The notes: generated by a model not told the origin, from the letters alone. Positions 1 through 21,925 are shown, numbered from the stretch's first letter. The stretch: 64,000 bases of DNA from the human T2T-CHM13v2.0 reference genome, Homo sapiens (GCF_009914755.1 NC_060936.1); one strand, 5' to 3'. A program made the numbers and translations.

Positions 1-87
1 GGATGGTCTCGATCTCCTGACCTCGTGATCTGCCCACTTGGCCTCCCAAAGTGCTGGGATTACAGATGTTAGCCACCGTGCCCAGCC
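1..87 (-). mobile_element. Alu SINE, 5' part of the left monomer (rest lies outside the window), AluSc/Y-like
   Basis: GGATGGTCTCGATCTCCTGACCTCGTGATC...CCTCCCAAAGTGCTGGGATTACAG...GCCACCGTGCCCAGCC is the reverse complement of the Alu 5' end. Confidence 0.95.
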
Positions 88-89
88 AG

Positions 90-1500
90 TATTTTTCTTC
101 TGCTTGGAAACCTTCCTTTCGATATTTTCTTATAGTTCAGGTCTCCTAGTGTTAAATTATTTCAGCCTTTGCATGTCTAAAACTGTCTTTGTTTTACTTT
201 TTTGTCTGTAAGTTGTTTTTTTCTGAGTTAAAAATTCTAGTTTGACAGTTTTAACCTTTCAGTACATTAAAGATATTGCTCCACTGCCTTCTGGCTTACA
301 TTATTTCCAAAAACAAAACAAAACAAAACGAAACAAAAAAACCTCTGTTATCATTACCTTTGTCCTCTTCATAATGTCTTTTTTTCCCTGTCTTCCAAGA
401 TTTCCTCTTTATTATTGTTATAAGCAATTTGATTATTGCATGCTTTCATGTTTTCTTCATGTTTCTTGTGCTTCTAGTAACTATACCTTTATAGCTTTCA
501 TCAGCTTTGGGAAATCCTTAGCCATTATCTTTTCACACATTTTTTTCTCAACCCTCCCTCTTGATTCAAAACTCCAATTGGATTCAGTACTCCTAGTGTA
601 TTGACTATTGTTTACAATAATCTCTTGTATATTTCAAAATAGCTCGAAGAGAATAATTTCAATATTTCTAGCATAAAGACAAATATTTAAGTTCATGGAT
701 ATATATCCCAATTACATTGATTTGATGTTTTACAAAGTATATGAATATATTAAATTATCACATGTTCCCTGAAAAGATGTACACCTGTTATGTACAAATT
801 AAAAAAAAAAAAGCTTAAAAGAATTTTTTTTAAAAAAGCTTAAATCTTCTTGGGCTTTGTACTGGATGCAGTTGTTACTTGCAAATTATTTAATCCTTTC
901 AAGTCTTTATATTTTAAGCTTCATTAAATGGACCATATTACTGTTTATTCTTGGGTTAATTTCCCCCACTACTGAGCCAAGACCTTTGTTAGTGCTCTAA
1001 TTGATGCCTCATGAATTGTGGTTTTCTACTTTGGGTGTTAGGAACAGACACTATTGTCAACCTTTTGGAACTTAGGACACTCTTCTTTCTAATTCCTTTG
1101 GATAGTTATTTTTTTTCTGTATTAGCTAGCTTTTTCACATGAGTGTGCAAATCAGTACTTAATTGAAACCTTCATGGGTACCTTCTTCAGGTCCTTAGAG
1201 TTCTTTTTCTGTGCATCTCTCTTTTCTCTAGCACTCTGCCCTGAGGGCTCTAGACAACTTTGCTTCCTCAGACTTCCAGCTCCATCTCAACTCAGGGAAA
1301 GCATCAGATTCAGCCTGGATTCCCTTTCTCTACACTGTGGCCCAGAATATTTCTCCATCTAGTAATCTGGATCAATAATAATGAATTCTTTATTTCTTTT
1401 CTTCTATAAAACATCACTACTCTTTATAGAATGATGTCCAATGTCTTGAGCATCATTGTTCTATGTATGCTCTTACTATTATTATTTTTTAGTTATTTCC
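90..1500 (-). mobile_element. Old L1M (L1MC/L1ME-like) 5'/ORF1-region relics, interrupted by an L1MA 3' end
   Basis: T-rich antisense L1 motifs such as CCACTGCCTTCTGGCTT (280-297) and GATGTCCAATGTCTTGAG...CATTGTT (1433-1460); boundaries approximate. Confidence 0.55.
597..812 (+). mobile_element. L1MA-type LINE-1 3' end with poly(A)
   Basis: GACTATTGTTTACAATAAT...TATATTTCAAAATAGCT...AATTATCACATGTTCCCTGAAAAGATGTACA...A12, typical of an L1MA 3' UTR. Confidence 0.75.
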
Positions 1501-1689
1501 ATTACTGTATCTGAAACAGATGCATCCTGAACTGGAATTCTTAACTACTTCACCATACAACTTTTTTCTTCATTTACTATTTGCTAGTTTAGTAAGATAA
1601 CACTCCCCTCTTTAAAGCACCCACTACTTTGATAGAAGACAGATAAATAATTTTTTCTCAGTTGGCATTGTAACAAGTCTAACTAGACT

Positions 1690-2215
1690 ATTCCACATTT
1701 CTATAAAACCACAGATAAGTGATAAGCCCCATGAGTCTCATGGACATCAGACTACTTTGTTTTGCGGTAAATGAAGTTCCTTGGTTGAAATGGACAAGGA
1801 CTGCCATATGCAGATTTATTAAATGGAAGTACCGGTGGGAAACAAGATCAACAAGGAAAGTAACTATAAATTTGAAATAAATGTCTATTTTAATGAAAAA
1901 ACAATAAGTAGTTTTTCCCAAGCTTAATGGTGTTTCAGAAAATATGTTTTACACTAAGAATACTCTCTTTAATGAGACCACAATAGTGGCTTTGTATTGA
2001 CGTAAATGGAGCATTACCTGTGGCATGCCACATTTGGCCTTGTTGAAGGGATATCTCTCTGCCAACATAGCCATATTGTTCTTGAGTTCTTTGAGCATAT
2101 CATATGACAGTTGCAGAGGAAAGTGGCTGATAATTGCAAAACAACTAAATTATCAATATAGTTATTTAAATCCTCCTCTACAAGATCAACTTTTTGTTGC
2201 ATATTTATGTGGTAA
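1690..2215 (-). mobile_element. Decayed ERVL-class (HERV-L/HERV16-like) pol fragment: RNase H end and integrase core
   Basis: Minus-strand ORF-track peptides HINMQQKVDLVEEDLNNYIDNL (cf. ERV-L HVxAHQRVTSAEEDFNNQVDRM) and NQGTSFTAK (cf. integrase DQGTHFTAK). Confidence 0.7.
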
Positions 2216-2786
2216 TCTAATACTCTTATACTAGAAGCACATTTTGAATGGCCTAGACATGTGCAACCTTCTCTCATTATGACCTTCGAGCTATAACATA
2301 ACACCACAGAATTTTAATTCCAAATGTGATCACTATATCATGAAGAATCACCTATAACTTAGGTTTCATTTTTTTTTCTCCTTAGCCAACTTCTCAAAAA
2401 AAAAAAACCAAACAAAAAAACTTACCGCAAAGCCACAAGTATGGGTTAAAGAAGAGCCATCATTATGCCTAGCATAGGCACACAATGTGTGTGGTGTGTG
2501 AACCACCCACTCATTCAACTCAAAGGTGTCTTCAGGAGCTCTTGATTTAGTTTTCATAAACTAGATTATTTATATTTGATGGTAGATTGCTGCTGGGCAT
2601 GTGCCAAAGTAATTAACAACACATATTTTATTATTAAAACTTGGATTGCATAATCATTTGGTGAACCTATGATCAAATACCCATCAATGCCTCTTAAATA
2701 GTTGACCATATAATTTATTAACAAAATTAGGATGCAAGGGTAAAGCAGGACTGTGCCAGAAAGCAGAATGTATAACCACTTTATAA

Positions 2787-3454
<668 letters not shown>

Positions 3455-3899
3455 TCCTCTATGTGCTCTTCTGTGGCCCTACTACTATTCCCTCTCTAGA
3501 GTAAACTGGGCAGCTGGAAGCCCTAAATCCTGCATGTCTCCCTGGAACAAAAGCTGGTGTTCTATGTCTTGGACCCTTATCATGGTGTTCCTCAGTCTTG
3601 AGCCTCCTGTCTGCCAGGTTCCCATTGTTCTCAACCTGAAAGGGTCTTGAGACATTCATTGTGATTGCCATCCTCTGTCTTTCCTGTCAGACTCCCTTCC
3701 CCCGCCACCAAAAGAGGCAGAGATGTATGATCATTTTTCAATTTAAATAAAATACAATTTTAACATCAAAATGAAGAATGAAGGGAATATAATTCTTCCC
3801 TTCTCATTTCTTTCTTAGAAGCTGGACAACATCCAGTTCTTTTTCCACTCCCATTCCTCTACTCAGATGAGAGGATCCAGACATTACCTGGTTTAGTAA

Positions 3900-4025
3900 C
3901 CAGGCATGCATTTGGAAGATCTGTGTTTTTATCCCAGCTTTGCACTAAAGGAAGTCATTTAATTTCCTTGAGCTTCATTTTTTACCTCTAAAACAGGAAG
4001 TCGAGCAACTTGATGCTTACTATCT
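3900..4025 (+). mobile_element. MIR fragment
   Basis: AAGTCATTTAATTTCCTTGAGCTTCATTTTTTACCTCTAAAACAGG resembles the MIR core. Confidence 0.5.
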
Positions 4026-4134
4026 CGCTGGCCCATAAGTAGAGTCATATCCTAAGGTCAATTAATCTAAGCTAGAAACAACAATCATTTTTAAAAATCA
4101 TTAATTAACACTCGTAAGAATCTCCTCTGACCAG

Positions 4135-5030
4135 TGGCTCCAGGTGTTTATACAGATCTCTAGTTATTGTTTGAGTCGAAGCCAATGTCTAATAATCCCC
4201 TAGATGTCTGTCTAGATCCTTTTACCTAGTATTCACTTGCTGTCACAGGTGTTTCTACATTTCCTCAGGGAAGGCCACCTCCGCAGACATATTTACAGTG
4301 TTATTTTAAGGTTCTTCATAAAGGATGTCCACTAATACTTTGAGAGTCAGCTCTCAGATATGGGGAAAGGTCATAATTTTTTAAAGTGATGGGTGAAGTC
4401 AAGTCTCTCTTCAAGTCAGGGTGGCCGTCCATTTCACATGCTAAATAGGACCTTAGCAGGATGCCTATGTATGTAGCTCCCATACATGGGATTATGTTCT
4501 GATTAATGTCATAACCATTAATCACCAACAAATCTCTCTAATTACCATGTAGGCTCTGCTGGCTATTTTAGAAAACATGACTAATTTGCCTTAGCCAGTT
4601 AAATGCTACTTCACGGTCTTAGCTACCTCACAATCCTCTTTTCTTCAACAGTACTTGGGACCCTATTCTAATTACAGGATATTTCAACTCCCATCCGCAT
4701 TGTGATGCTTCCTTTATTGATGTAGGTCTCTAGGTCATGGTGAAATGAGTGACCTGGATTCCTGAACAGAACATAAGTGGTGGGAACACGATGATTCAAG
4801 CATTAAAATTATACCCCAGCCTCTATCACTCAAAGCCCTTTTATTTCATCTAATATATTATAGCAGAGAAATTTCTGTAATTTCATCATCATTTAGGGTG
4901 GACCACCATTGAATCCCAGGTTTTGTTAGCCAAAGCACACAATTCAATTAAGAATCTTTGATAAATTCATCAGCTACCAATACTTTCATCCAGATTCTTT
5001 ATCAAGGACCCTAGAAATTCATTCCCGCAT
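4135..5030 (-). mobile_element. Decayed ERVL-class gag-pro fragment
   Basis: Reverse complement of 4165-4212 reads CAGACATCTAGGGGATTATTAGACATTGGC (GLLDIG, cf. protease GLLDTGS); 4830-5030 resembles ERV-L gag by eye. Confidence 0.6.
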
Positions 5031-6691
5031 CCTATACTGAAATTTTAACTAATAAAAATTAACACGTATATATCTTTCCTTCCTGGATTCAAATTCATAA
5101 TGTCTCTCAGGTTGTGCTTGCATTTTTCTCCAACTAAAATATAAGCCACAGAAAAACAAGATTTGTTTAGTTTATTGCTATATAAAGTTGGCATCTAAGG
5201 AATATTTAATTAATAAAATAGTGAATTAGTTTTTTGAGTTTTAGATCTGGAAATAATACAAGCTGGTTATATAAGAGAAAAACTGACTCCTTCTCCAGGT
5301 GTGACTCCTTCAGTGAAGAGTAATCGCAATGTATTCGCACTTTGTACGAGTTATATACTGAATTGTCTCTGTGATGAATCCTAGTATGATACCCAGAACA
5401 TGTACAACATGTTTTTTTCTTATTACTGTAGATTAGTCAGTCATTATATTTGGTAGTTTTGATCCCAGTGGCTTTTGCTCTCTGTGAGAAATAGATTAAG
5501 TGATAATTTTCTTAATAAAATGTAGCCTTATAAGTTTCCAAGTAAATGCAATATTAGTATTCAGAGCAATAGATCTAAAAATTAGAATGACTCTTTCTCA
5601 AAAAATAGCCTTTGTATTGAGACTCTCCTTAAACAAGCTTTGACGCACACTCCAAGATGATTAGTGGAGTACATTGAACTACTCCTTCATGTTATATATT
5701 AGGAGCACACTTTTGACTCTCCGCTGCCTTGCAAGATTCTGCAATGTTTTCCAGGGCTAAGATCTGCAGAAAGTAAATTTTTGACTTCATTAGTCAATTG
5801 CTATATTTAACAGAAGTTCTTAGATGAAAGAAGCGGCAAAATGTCTATTTTTCCTCATAGCTCTTTTACTAAATTAAATTAAAACTGAGCTGTAAAAACT
5901 AATGCTTTTACTGCTTCTTTTTCTACAAAATGGAAGCATACACTGGGAGAAAATTAACTAACAAATCAGAAGTAGGTCTTATCTCCTATACTATTGCTTG
6001 CCAAGTTGCCTAGGCTTGTCCCAGCTATTTAGTGGTAAAAGGGAATTACTCTTTAATTTCACCTCATCTAAAACCAAAAAAGCACTCTGGTTTCTTGGAA
6101 TACCATTCCTTCTTACATCAAATAAATATGAACACCTTTATTATAAATTAACCAATGCTTCCCCTGAAGCCTCTCTCTGGAAACTCCCCTGTTTAGAAGA
6201 TAATAGATAGTATCTTCAAAAGCATCATCTTCCGTGAAATTTCTTTTCCAATCCAGGCAATCTTTCTTGTGATTTCTTCTTGACTAAATTGGTTTTAATT
6301 ACATTCCTGTTTGCTTTTAGTCTCATTGTCTAAATTAAATTTAGCATTAATATGATGTGTCCAAGACAGCCATGTAGTTTTATTACTTTTCCAATCTGGA
6401 TTTTTTAACAGAGGTGAATTGTAATGGCTCATATCTCTTCTTACCTTTATCTCTATCAATGAACACTTCAAACCCTTTTTGAATATACAAAATAAAATAG
6501 TATATGAAGATTCAGAGATGTTTCCACCATTAGCTAAAAATTAAAACATTTAACACTGGTATTAAAACAAAAAAAAGTACTCCTTAAAATTAACAATAAC
6601 TGAGAAAAAGATAATTTTTAAAATCCAAAATAAGAAGTTCATTTGGAATATTTAGTACAGATTAGTTTAAGCTTTCTTAGGGGAAAAGAGG

Positions 6692-7334
6692 AGCATTAGT
6701 TTCTATTGCTATGTACCAAAGCATCACACATTGAGCAGCTTCAAACACCACCTGTTTATTAGCTCACAGCTCATTGGGTAAAAAGCATGGCATACCATTG
6801 CTGGTTCTCTTTTCAGGCTATTGTAAAGCTAAGTAATGATGTAACACGGCTAATATCTTTTCTAGAGGCTCTGAGGGAAATTCTGCCGTCAAGTTCATTC
6901 TTGTCATTAGAAGAATTCAATTCCTTCCTTTTGCAAGACTGTCTGTCTTTTCCTGCTGGTCAGCCAAAGACCACTTTCAGCAACTAGAGGATCCCACCTT
7001 CATTATTTGGCATCTGGCCCCCTTCATCTTCAGGCCAGCAACAGCACCTTGAATCCTGTGCTCTTCTGACTTTCTCCATCTCTGTCCCTCTAGAATCAGA
7101 TTTGGAAGGCCAGCATGATGAGGTCAGATCCACTTGCATGATCTCCCTATTTTAAGGTCAACTGATTTGGGAACTTAATTAAATCTACTTACATATGCAA
7201 AATGCCTTTGCCATAGAATGAAAAATAATCATGACAGTAATATCTCTCAATAATCACAGATTCCACCCATACTTGAAGAGAGATTATGCAAGAGCAAGGG
7301 TCTTTATAACTCATTTCAGAATTCTGCATCCCAC
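6692..7334. mobile_element. MaLR/ERVL-type solo LTR (MLT1-like)
   Basis: Starts ATTAGTTTCTATTGCTATGTACCAAAGCATCACA...; internal AAGGTCAACTGATTTGGGAACTTAATTA; ends AGAATTCTGCATCCCACA. Confidence 0.75.
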
Positions 7335-8555
7335 AGGGAACAACGCATAATTTGGACAAAAACTACTGAGAATTTCCCCTATGAGAAAAAGAAAAAACTA
7401 TTTTGTTTCTTTGTTAAGGCAATACTAAATTTACCATTTACTATAAACCATTACTGAATAATATCGATATTTACATGGCTATTAAATACTAAAGTAAAAT
7501 TTTAGTTTTGGTTTTTATTGTGAAAGGAGTAAAAATCGAAATCATAAAAATATTCATAGATATGTAGCCACAAGGCCCTTCAGGAATCAATTTTTTTTAA
7601 TTGTTTTCTTATAAAGTGTGTGAATCATACTGGCTTCAGTCAGCCTTGCAGAGAAATAAAGACCTTGACAGCCAAGTAGCTAATGAAGGCAGTAGAATTT
7701 TCAGCATCTTGTCATTTGCTGCCATCTCTGCCACCACCTCTGTGCCCCAGGGAATTAGCTATTTGAAGAAGGGTCAAAGGGCCTCAAATGGTGTTGGAGC
7801 TTGCATGTAAAATGACACCATCTTGACTCAATGCTAAATGTGCTTGAAGAGAGTAAATAGCCAGATATAATCAGCAGTTCAAAATAATAAATTTGAAAAA
7901 TAAGGCAATATAAGTGCTGTTGTGTTAATAAAGATGAAAAAGCCCATCATTCCCAGCACCATAAGATTCATTTTAAAAAATAAAACAATTTACAGACAAG
8001 TAAGAAATGCCACTACGTAAATTTCAAATTTTATTTAATAAAAATTATTCTGCCATCTATATTTTTAATTTTTTTTTAAATTTTGACAATTAGTGAGGTA
8101 TTTTAGTCCTTTCAGCACATCAGGTATTTTCTACGTGAATATTTTGAATCCATCCACCTATTTCCAAATTCATTTTAGTTACTGTATTATAAGAATCTGA
8201 TATCAAAATGAAAATCCTCATTTGCCTAAAATGTTGCTTCAGAAATGAAACTAAAATAAATAATATTCATTACTTATCCTCTTACATTTTGTAGGGTGTG
8301 TCTGTAGAGAGATGTTAATGCAAAGATTTTCACTTTGCAAATTGTTAAGCATTTACAAAGCATTTACAAAGCAGCAGACAAATGTTTACAAATACTTTCT
8401 TGGATTTAAAAACATTTTCTCCTTTGCATCAGAAATTGAGTTCTTTCCAACCTCTTTCCAACCTCCTTGGACTCCTAGAAAACTGCTCAATAGCTTGAGA
8501 TTGCAGGTACCTCGTTCTTAGTCCAGGCATTATAATATCTACTACTGACTGAATA

Positions 8556-8681
8556 TAGATGGTCATCAATTTACCATGGTTCAACTTACAAGTTTTTTAC
8601 TTTACATTGCTGCAAAAGCAATATGCATTCAGTAGAAACTGTATTTCGAGTACCCATACAACCATTGTTTTTCACTTTCAG
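8556..8681 (-). mobile_element. MER47A (Tigger-derived MITE), piece 1 of 3
   Basis: TA|TAGATGGTCATCAATTTACCATGGTTCAACTTAC...CATTCAGTAGAAACTGTATTTCGAGTACCCATACAACCATTGTTTTTCACTTTCAG; terminal inverted repeat with TA target site at 8554-8555. Confidence 0.85.
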
Positions 8682-16690
<8,009 letters not shown>

Positions 16691-16859
16691 TAAATTACAT
16701 GAGATATTCAGCACTTTATTTTAAAATAGTCTTTGTGCTAGATGATTTTGCCCAACTGTAGGCTAAGATAAGTGTTCTGAGCATGTTTAAAGTAGGCTGG
16801 GTGATGTTCAGTAGATTAGGGATATTAAATGCATTTTTGACTTAACGGTATTTTCAACT
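16691..16859 (-). mobile_element. MER47A, piece 2 of 3
   Basis: TAAATTACATGAGATATTCAGCACTTTATT...GATGATTTTGCCCAACTGTAGGCTAA...ATTAAATGCATTTTTGACTTAACGGTATTTTCAACT; stops ~50 bp short of the element end. Confidence 0.85.
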
Positions 16860-18080
16860 AGATATTAAAGGAGGATTATTGCATCACTGTTTGAAACTTA
16901 TGAAGAGATACAAGGTAATAATTTATCAAAAGAACAAATATTTTTAAAGTTATCTTGTGCCTGTACAATTACATACTTTACAATAATAAACAAATAATTT
17001 GCAGTCATTTAAGAGAAAAGGTCTACCTATTGTTATTGACATGGGAAGTTTTTCAAGAATGTGTTGAGGAGTAAAAGTAAGATACAGAAAATAATGCATG
17101 GCATGATCTTATTTGCTTAAAAAATTGCAACTCCACTTATTTGCAATAGTAGAATATAAAAAACCAGCAATAATCACACTAACCACGTAACTGTAGTCAA
17201 CTCTGGGTGGAATTTGGAAAGGAGAGAAAAGAAGATGAGAATTTCACTTTTTATCCTACACCATTTACTTCATTTACTATTCTACTGTTTGACTTCTTAC
17301 AACTGGAAGTGTTAGCGATGGGAGTTATTTGAGTCACACGGCACCAAAATATGTTAGTGGTGGTGAATCCATACAAGTCTGCAACAACCTCAATTTGTGT
17401 CTCCTTAGAAGAAATAATTTGACTGAGGGGCGTAAGGCAGAAGGAGAGACCAAGGGAAGGATTAGAGAAGTGAAACTTTATTAAAAAAACTTTAGAGCAG
17501 GAACAAAAGGAAGCAAAGCACACTTGGAAGAGGGCCAAGTGGTCGACTTGAAAGACAAGTGCGCGGTTTGACTTTTTGACTTGGGGTTTTATATGTTGGC
17601 GTACTTCTGGGATCTTGTGTTCCCTCTTCCTGGCTTCTTTCTTGGGCTGGGCTGCATGAACAGTAGCGGGCTAGGCCTTGTGAGGGGAGCATGCGCAGTG
17701 TTTACTGGCATTGTACGCATGCTCCCCTGAGGTGTTCTTCCCTTACCAGCTGAGTGTCCCTGGGAGGTCATTTAGCAGTTAAACTCCACCATTTTGCCTC
17801 TTAGTGCGCATGTGTGAGACCACTTGCTCAACTCCTAAGATCTTATTGGGAAGTTGCCGATCACCAGTTTCAGGTTTTTTTTTTATCTATAGGGAGACTG
17901 ACTATCCCTGGTGCTGGCTGTGAACAGTTATTATTTCAGAAAGACAGTGTAACAATTGCCTGACCATCACCTGATGGTCGTCTGACATTTCTGGTGGTGG
18001 CAGACACTCTTCTGTCCCTGCTCATGCCTGACTAGCTACCTACTGTAATAGAAGGTATGATTTTTGTAATTTAAAAAATA
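16860..18080 (+). mobile_element. L1ME 3' region (continuation of the L1ME at 27395-27625), interrupted by MER50
   Basis: AGATATTAAAGGAGGATTATTGCATCACTGTTTG...TTGCAGTCATTTAAGAGAAAAGG...TTGACATGGGAAG...GCATGATCTTATTT follows the L1ME 3' consensus order. Confidence 0.7.
17310..18050 (-). mobile_element. MER50-family ERV1 solo LTR
   Basis: LTR-type ends (TGTTAG...TGTAATA); 4-bp TSD GAAG at 17306-17309 and 18051-18054; reverse-complement similarity to 18406-19107. Confidence 0.88.
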
Positions 18081-18093
18081 TGTACTGTAAGTA

Positions 18094-18138
18094 TTATATA
18101 TATATATACACACACACATATATATAGAGAGAGAGAGA
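18094..18138. repeat. Compound (TA)n(CA)n(TA)n(GA)n microsatellite
   Basis: Seen directly. Confidence 0.9.
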
Positions 18139-18405
18139 TTCTATATGTAGTTTCTAATTGTAAAAGGTAAAGTTCATAGATTTAGTAGGGCCATGTAGTT
18201 GACTTCATCTGGCTTTGCAATTAAGTACTGATGTTTCAACATTGGCAATGTTGCCAAGATGTTTTATTCTCCACCCTCAGCCACAACTTGTTTATATAAA
18301 AAACTAATAATTAGATTAATCAATCATGTGATTTTTTTAAATGAAATGATAGTTGTACTAATGGATATTCCTGAAAACTCTTGTTAGAAGTCAAATAAGT
18401 AATAT

Positions 18406-19107
18406 TGTTAGAGGAGGTAGCTAAGCAGACATGAGCAGGGCAAGAGGGGTTCCTCTCCTCCAGGATTATCAGGCTACCATCAAGTGATAGTCAGGTGGTT
18501 GTTAAACTGTCTCTCTAAAATAATAACTGGTGGTAGCAAGTGTCAGGGAAAGGCAGTCTCCCAATAAATAGAAAACACCTCAGGCTGGTGATCAGAAGCT
18601 TTCTGAAAAGATCTCAGGAGTTGGGCGAGTGGGCTCAAATATTGCATTAAGTGGCAAAATGGCAAAGTTTAACTGGCATATGACCTTCCTCTAGGAACAC
18701 TGGACTGGTAAGGGAAAAATGCCTCAAATAAACATGCACACAACTTCAGTAAACACACTGTGCATGTGGCCCCTCCTAAGTGCTGGCAGACCACTGCACA
18801 TGCAGGCAGCTCACCCCAAGAGAAAAATCAAGGAAGGAGAAATGGAAACCCTGGAACCATGTCAATAGATAAAACCCAAGTCAAAGTGGGACGGAACACT
18901 TGGATCTCTCAAGTCACCCACTTGGCCCTCTTCCAAGTTTACTTTACTTCCTTTCGTTCCTGCTCTAAAACTTAATAAGCTTTTACTCCTGCTGTAAAAT
19001 TTGCCTTGGTCTCTCACTCTTCCTTATGCCCCTCAGCCGAATTCTTTCCTCCGAATAGGCAAGAATGGAATTTACTGAAGACTGGTATGGATTCGCCACT
19101 GGTAACA
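18406..19107 (+). mobile_element. MER50-family ERV1 solo LTR
   Basis: TGTTAGAGGAGGTAGCTAAGCAGACATGAGCAGGGC...GGATTCGCCACTGGTAACA; 4-bp TSD ATAT at 18402-18405 and 19108-19111. Confidence 0.88.
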
Positions 19108-19650
19108 ATATGCATAATTTGTGTGTTTTCAGGTTGCTATAGTCATTTCAAAATGAAAAATTTTAAGTACAAACTTAATACCTTTTGAACACATATCAAA
19201 CTTACAATGTCTTCAGTAGGCTTAAAAATAAAATATGAAATTGCTCTTCACTAAAAGCAAGCAACTATTTAGTAAAATAAACCCCATGGGTTCAGGTTTT
19301 AGTTTTATCTTATGTAATGTTTGCATTGAGTTTTTAGTAACAGTTATTTCATGATATATTCACTGACATTAACCAGAAGAAAGCACAGTACCAGTCACAT
19401 TATAAACTCTAATATTGCTTGATTTATCCACTTTTATTGGCCATCCATAGGGAACTGCCTTTAATATCCTTGGTATTAATGGAAAGTATACTTCATTAGA
19501 GAAGGAAAAATCATTATAAACAAAATAATAGAAGTAAAATGTTTGTCTAGAGTAAGATATAGGATCATGAAAATAATAACTTAGAGGATCTATTCTGCCT
19601 TCACCTAACCATAGCTCTCATACCCATGACTTAGAATTTAATAAGAATTA

Positions 19651-19941
<291 letters not shown>

Positions 19942-20419
19942 ACAATTTTTTTAATTAAATAAGTAGTATGCCAGGACTTTATAGCAGTGTATCATGTCCC
20001 TTTTCTGTTTAAAATTTTTAAATTTTCCTTGACTTCCTACTGTCATCAATAAAGGTAAAACTTCTTGGCATATCAACCAGGGCAGATTCATGAACCTGCC
20101 AAACTCTTTAGCCTCACTTTACATCCAATCCACACCATGATAGCTGCCTTCTACCCTTGTGCATATTGCTGCCGTAGTTCCCTAGGTAAACTGAATGCCA
20201 AATGTAGGCATCTGGGAATAAAAGGAAACACACATCTATCTCATCTCACTTCCCCAAATGATAAAGATTAGTTTAGATGAATATATCTAGAATGTTGCCA
20301 ATAGAAAATCTAGGAAAATAAAAGTATTTTAATTTCAGCATCTACAATATCTTGTGTCATTTCAAAAAATAGTGTTTCATTTTGAGTTTCCACCTAAAGG
20401 TCTTTCTCTAGCCCTACCT

Positions 20420-20757
20420 CACTGATTTCACACATGCTTTTCCTTCTTGAGATGTCCTTCACTCATCTCATCTCACTTCATTTCACCCAGGCTATCCTTC
20501 ATCTTATCCTCCACCTGATTGACTTTAATTCATTTACCAGAAATAGCTGCTGACATCATCTCTGCCAGGAAGGTTTTCCCAATATCTTTCCCTTGGGTTA
20601 GGTATTCTTTCTTTGTGGTTCCCAATATGTACCATGAAAACACATCTACTGCAATATGGACTCATTTTATTATAATCATTTATTTATATGTCTCTTTCCT
20701 CTCTACATATAAGCTGGTTTATTGAATGAATGAATAAATAAATAAATGAGTGAATAA
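20420..20757 (+). mobile_element. L2 3' relic
   Basis: Ends TTTATTGAATGAATGAATAAATAAATAAATGAGTGAAT, the L2 tail motif. Confidence 0.5.
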
Positions 20758-21925
20758 GTTTGTGGAAGAATATTTCTTTTTTTATATTTTACATTTTTAA
20801 AAAGAATTGTTTCTCAAATCCTCACATATATATGTTCATATAATTTATACTGTTCATAGAATATAGTGCTATCCAATGAACTGAAGAACAAAATAGAATA
20901 AATTATGATCACCCTTCTAGTAGAAAGCCATTAATTTATCTTTTAGAAAATGCCACTGACAAGGTCAAAATTGCCAAAAGAAAGAATGGCATTGAGCAAT
21001 GTTCACCACTAAGCAGTCTTTATTTAATTGGCATTTAAGGGATTTTCAAAAGGTGCCTGGTCAAAGAGATGTATAGTAGCCTTATGCTGAGCACTATTTA
21101 ATTATTTCAGTCCTCATCTGTCACATTCGCACTCTCCTGTCTCATTTTCAGTGTCCTCAAAGCAATGCAGTTGATAGATTATGGAAAATAAATCTAGTGT
21201 GGAAATACTCATAATTTCCTCTAGGTCAAAAGAAAAAAAAATCACCACATTGGCAAGAGTAATTTGCAACTACTAAATTGCTAGATATAAAGCTCTGGCT
21301 TGCTGCTCTGCAAAAGGTGGGAGGGGGCTTGACGAGAGTCAAGACTCTTTAGAGAAGTATGCAAATCAAAAATTTACCTCCTCTTTAAACCTTTTTAATT
21401 CTTCAATTAATCTCAACAATGACCCAGTTTTTAGAACACTGAATATGCGTGGCCACCTAATCACATTATCTCACTTCTCTTCAGCAAACTTTGAAGTGGG
21501 AAAGATACATGTATAAATGAAAACATTGATAAAGCACAGCTGCCTGTCACATTTCCAGTCTTCTCGGGAAAACAAGTGATTTACAGCATGATGAGATCAA
21601 ATCTTCCTCTACGGCATGCCATTGCCTATATTTTAAAACTCAGTTAGGGGAACTCATGCAATAGCCCAGGCTGATGACATTAACGTCAGATCTTTGAGCA
21701 AATCTAGTTAACGTAAAAGCAAGAGAGAAAGATGATCTCATTTTGGAAACAACAATAAAAATGATGCTGTTCAGTAAGAATTGAGACCATGAGGGTTTAA
21801 TGCTGTATCTTTGAGCTTGTCTTTTATTAGCCAACTTTCCACTATAAAATACATTAAAAATTCATTTATGGAGAATATAGCTCAGAACTGTTATAAAGTG
21901 GATGTTTTGTTAAAGAAAAAAGATC

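Noticed and set aside
6692-7334. 5' LTR of the ERVL remnant at 1690-5030
   Set aside because: It is separated by ~1.6 kb of unrelated sequence including an L2-like relic, it looks like a MaLR-type LTR, and no matching second LTR is seen.
17310-19107. A single provirus or a DNA transposon with long terminal inverted repeats
   Set aside because: The LTRs are inverted rather than direct, and each has its own distinct TSD.
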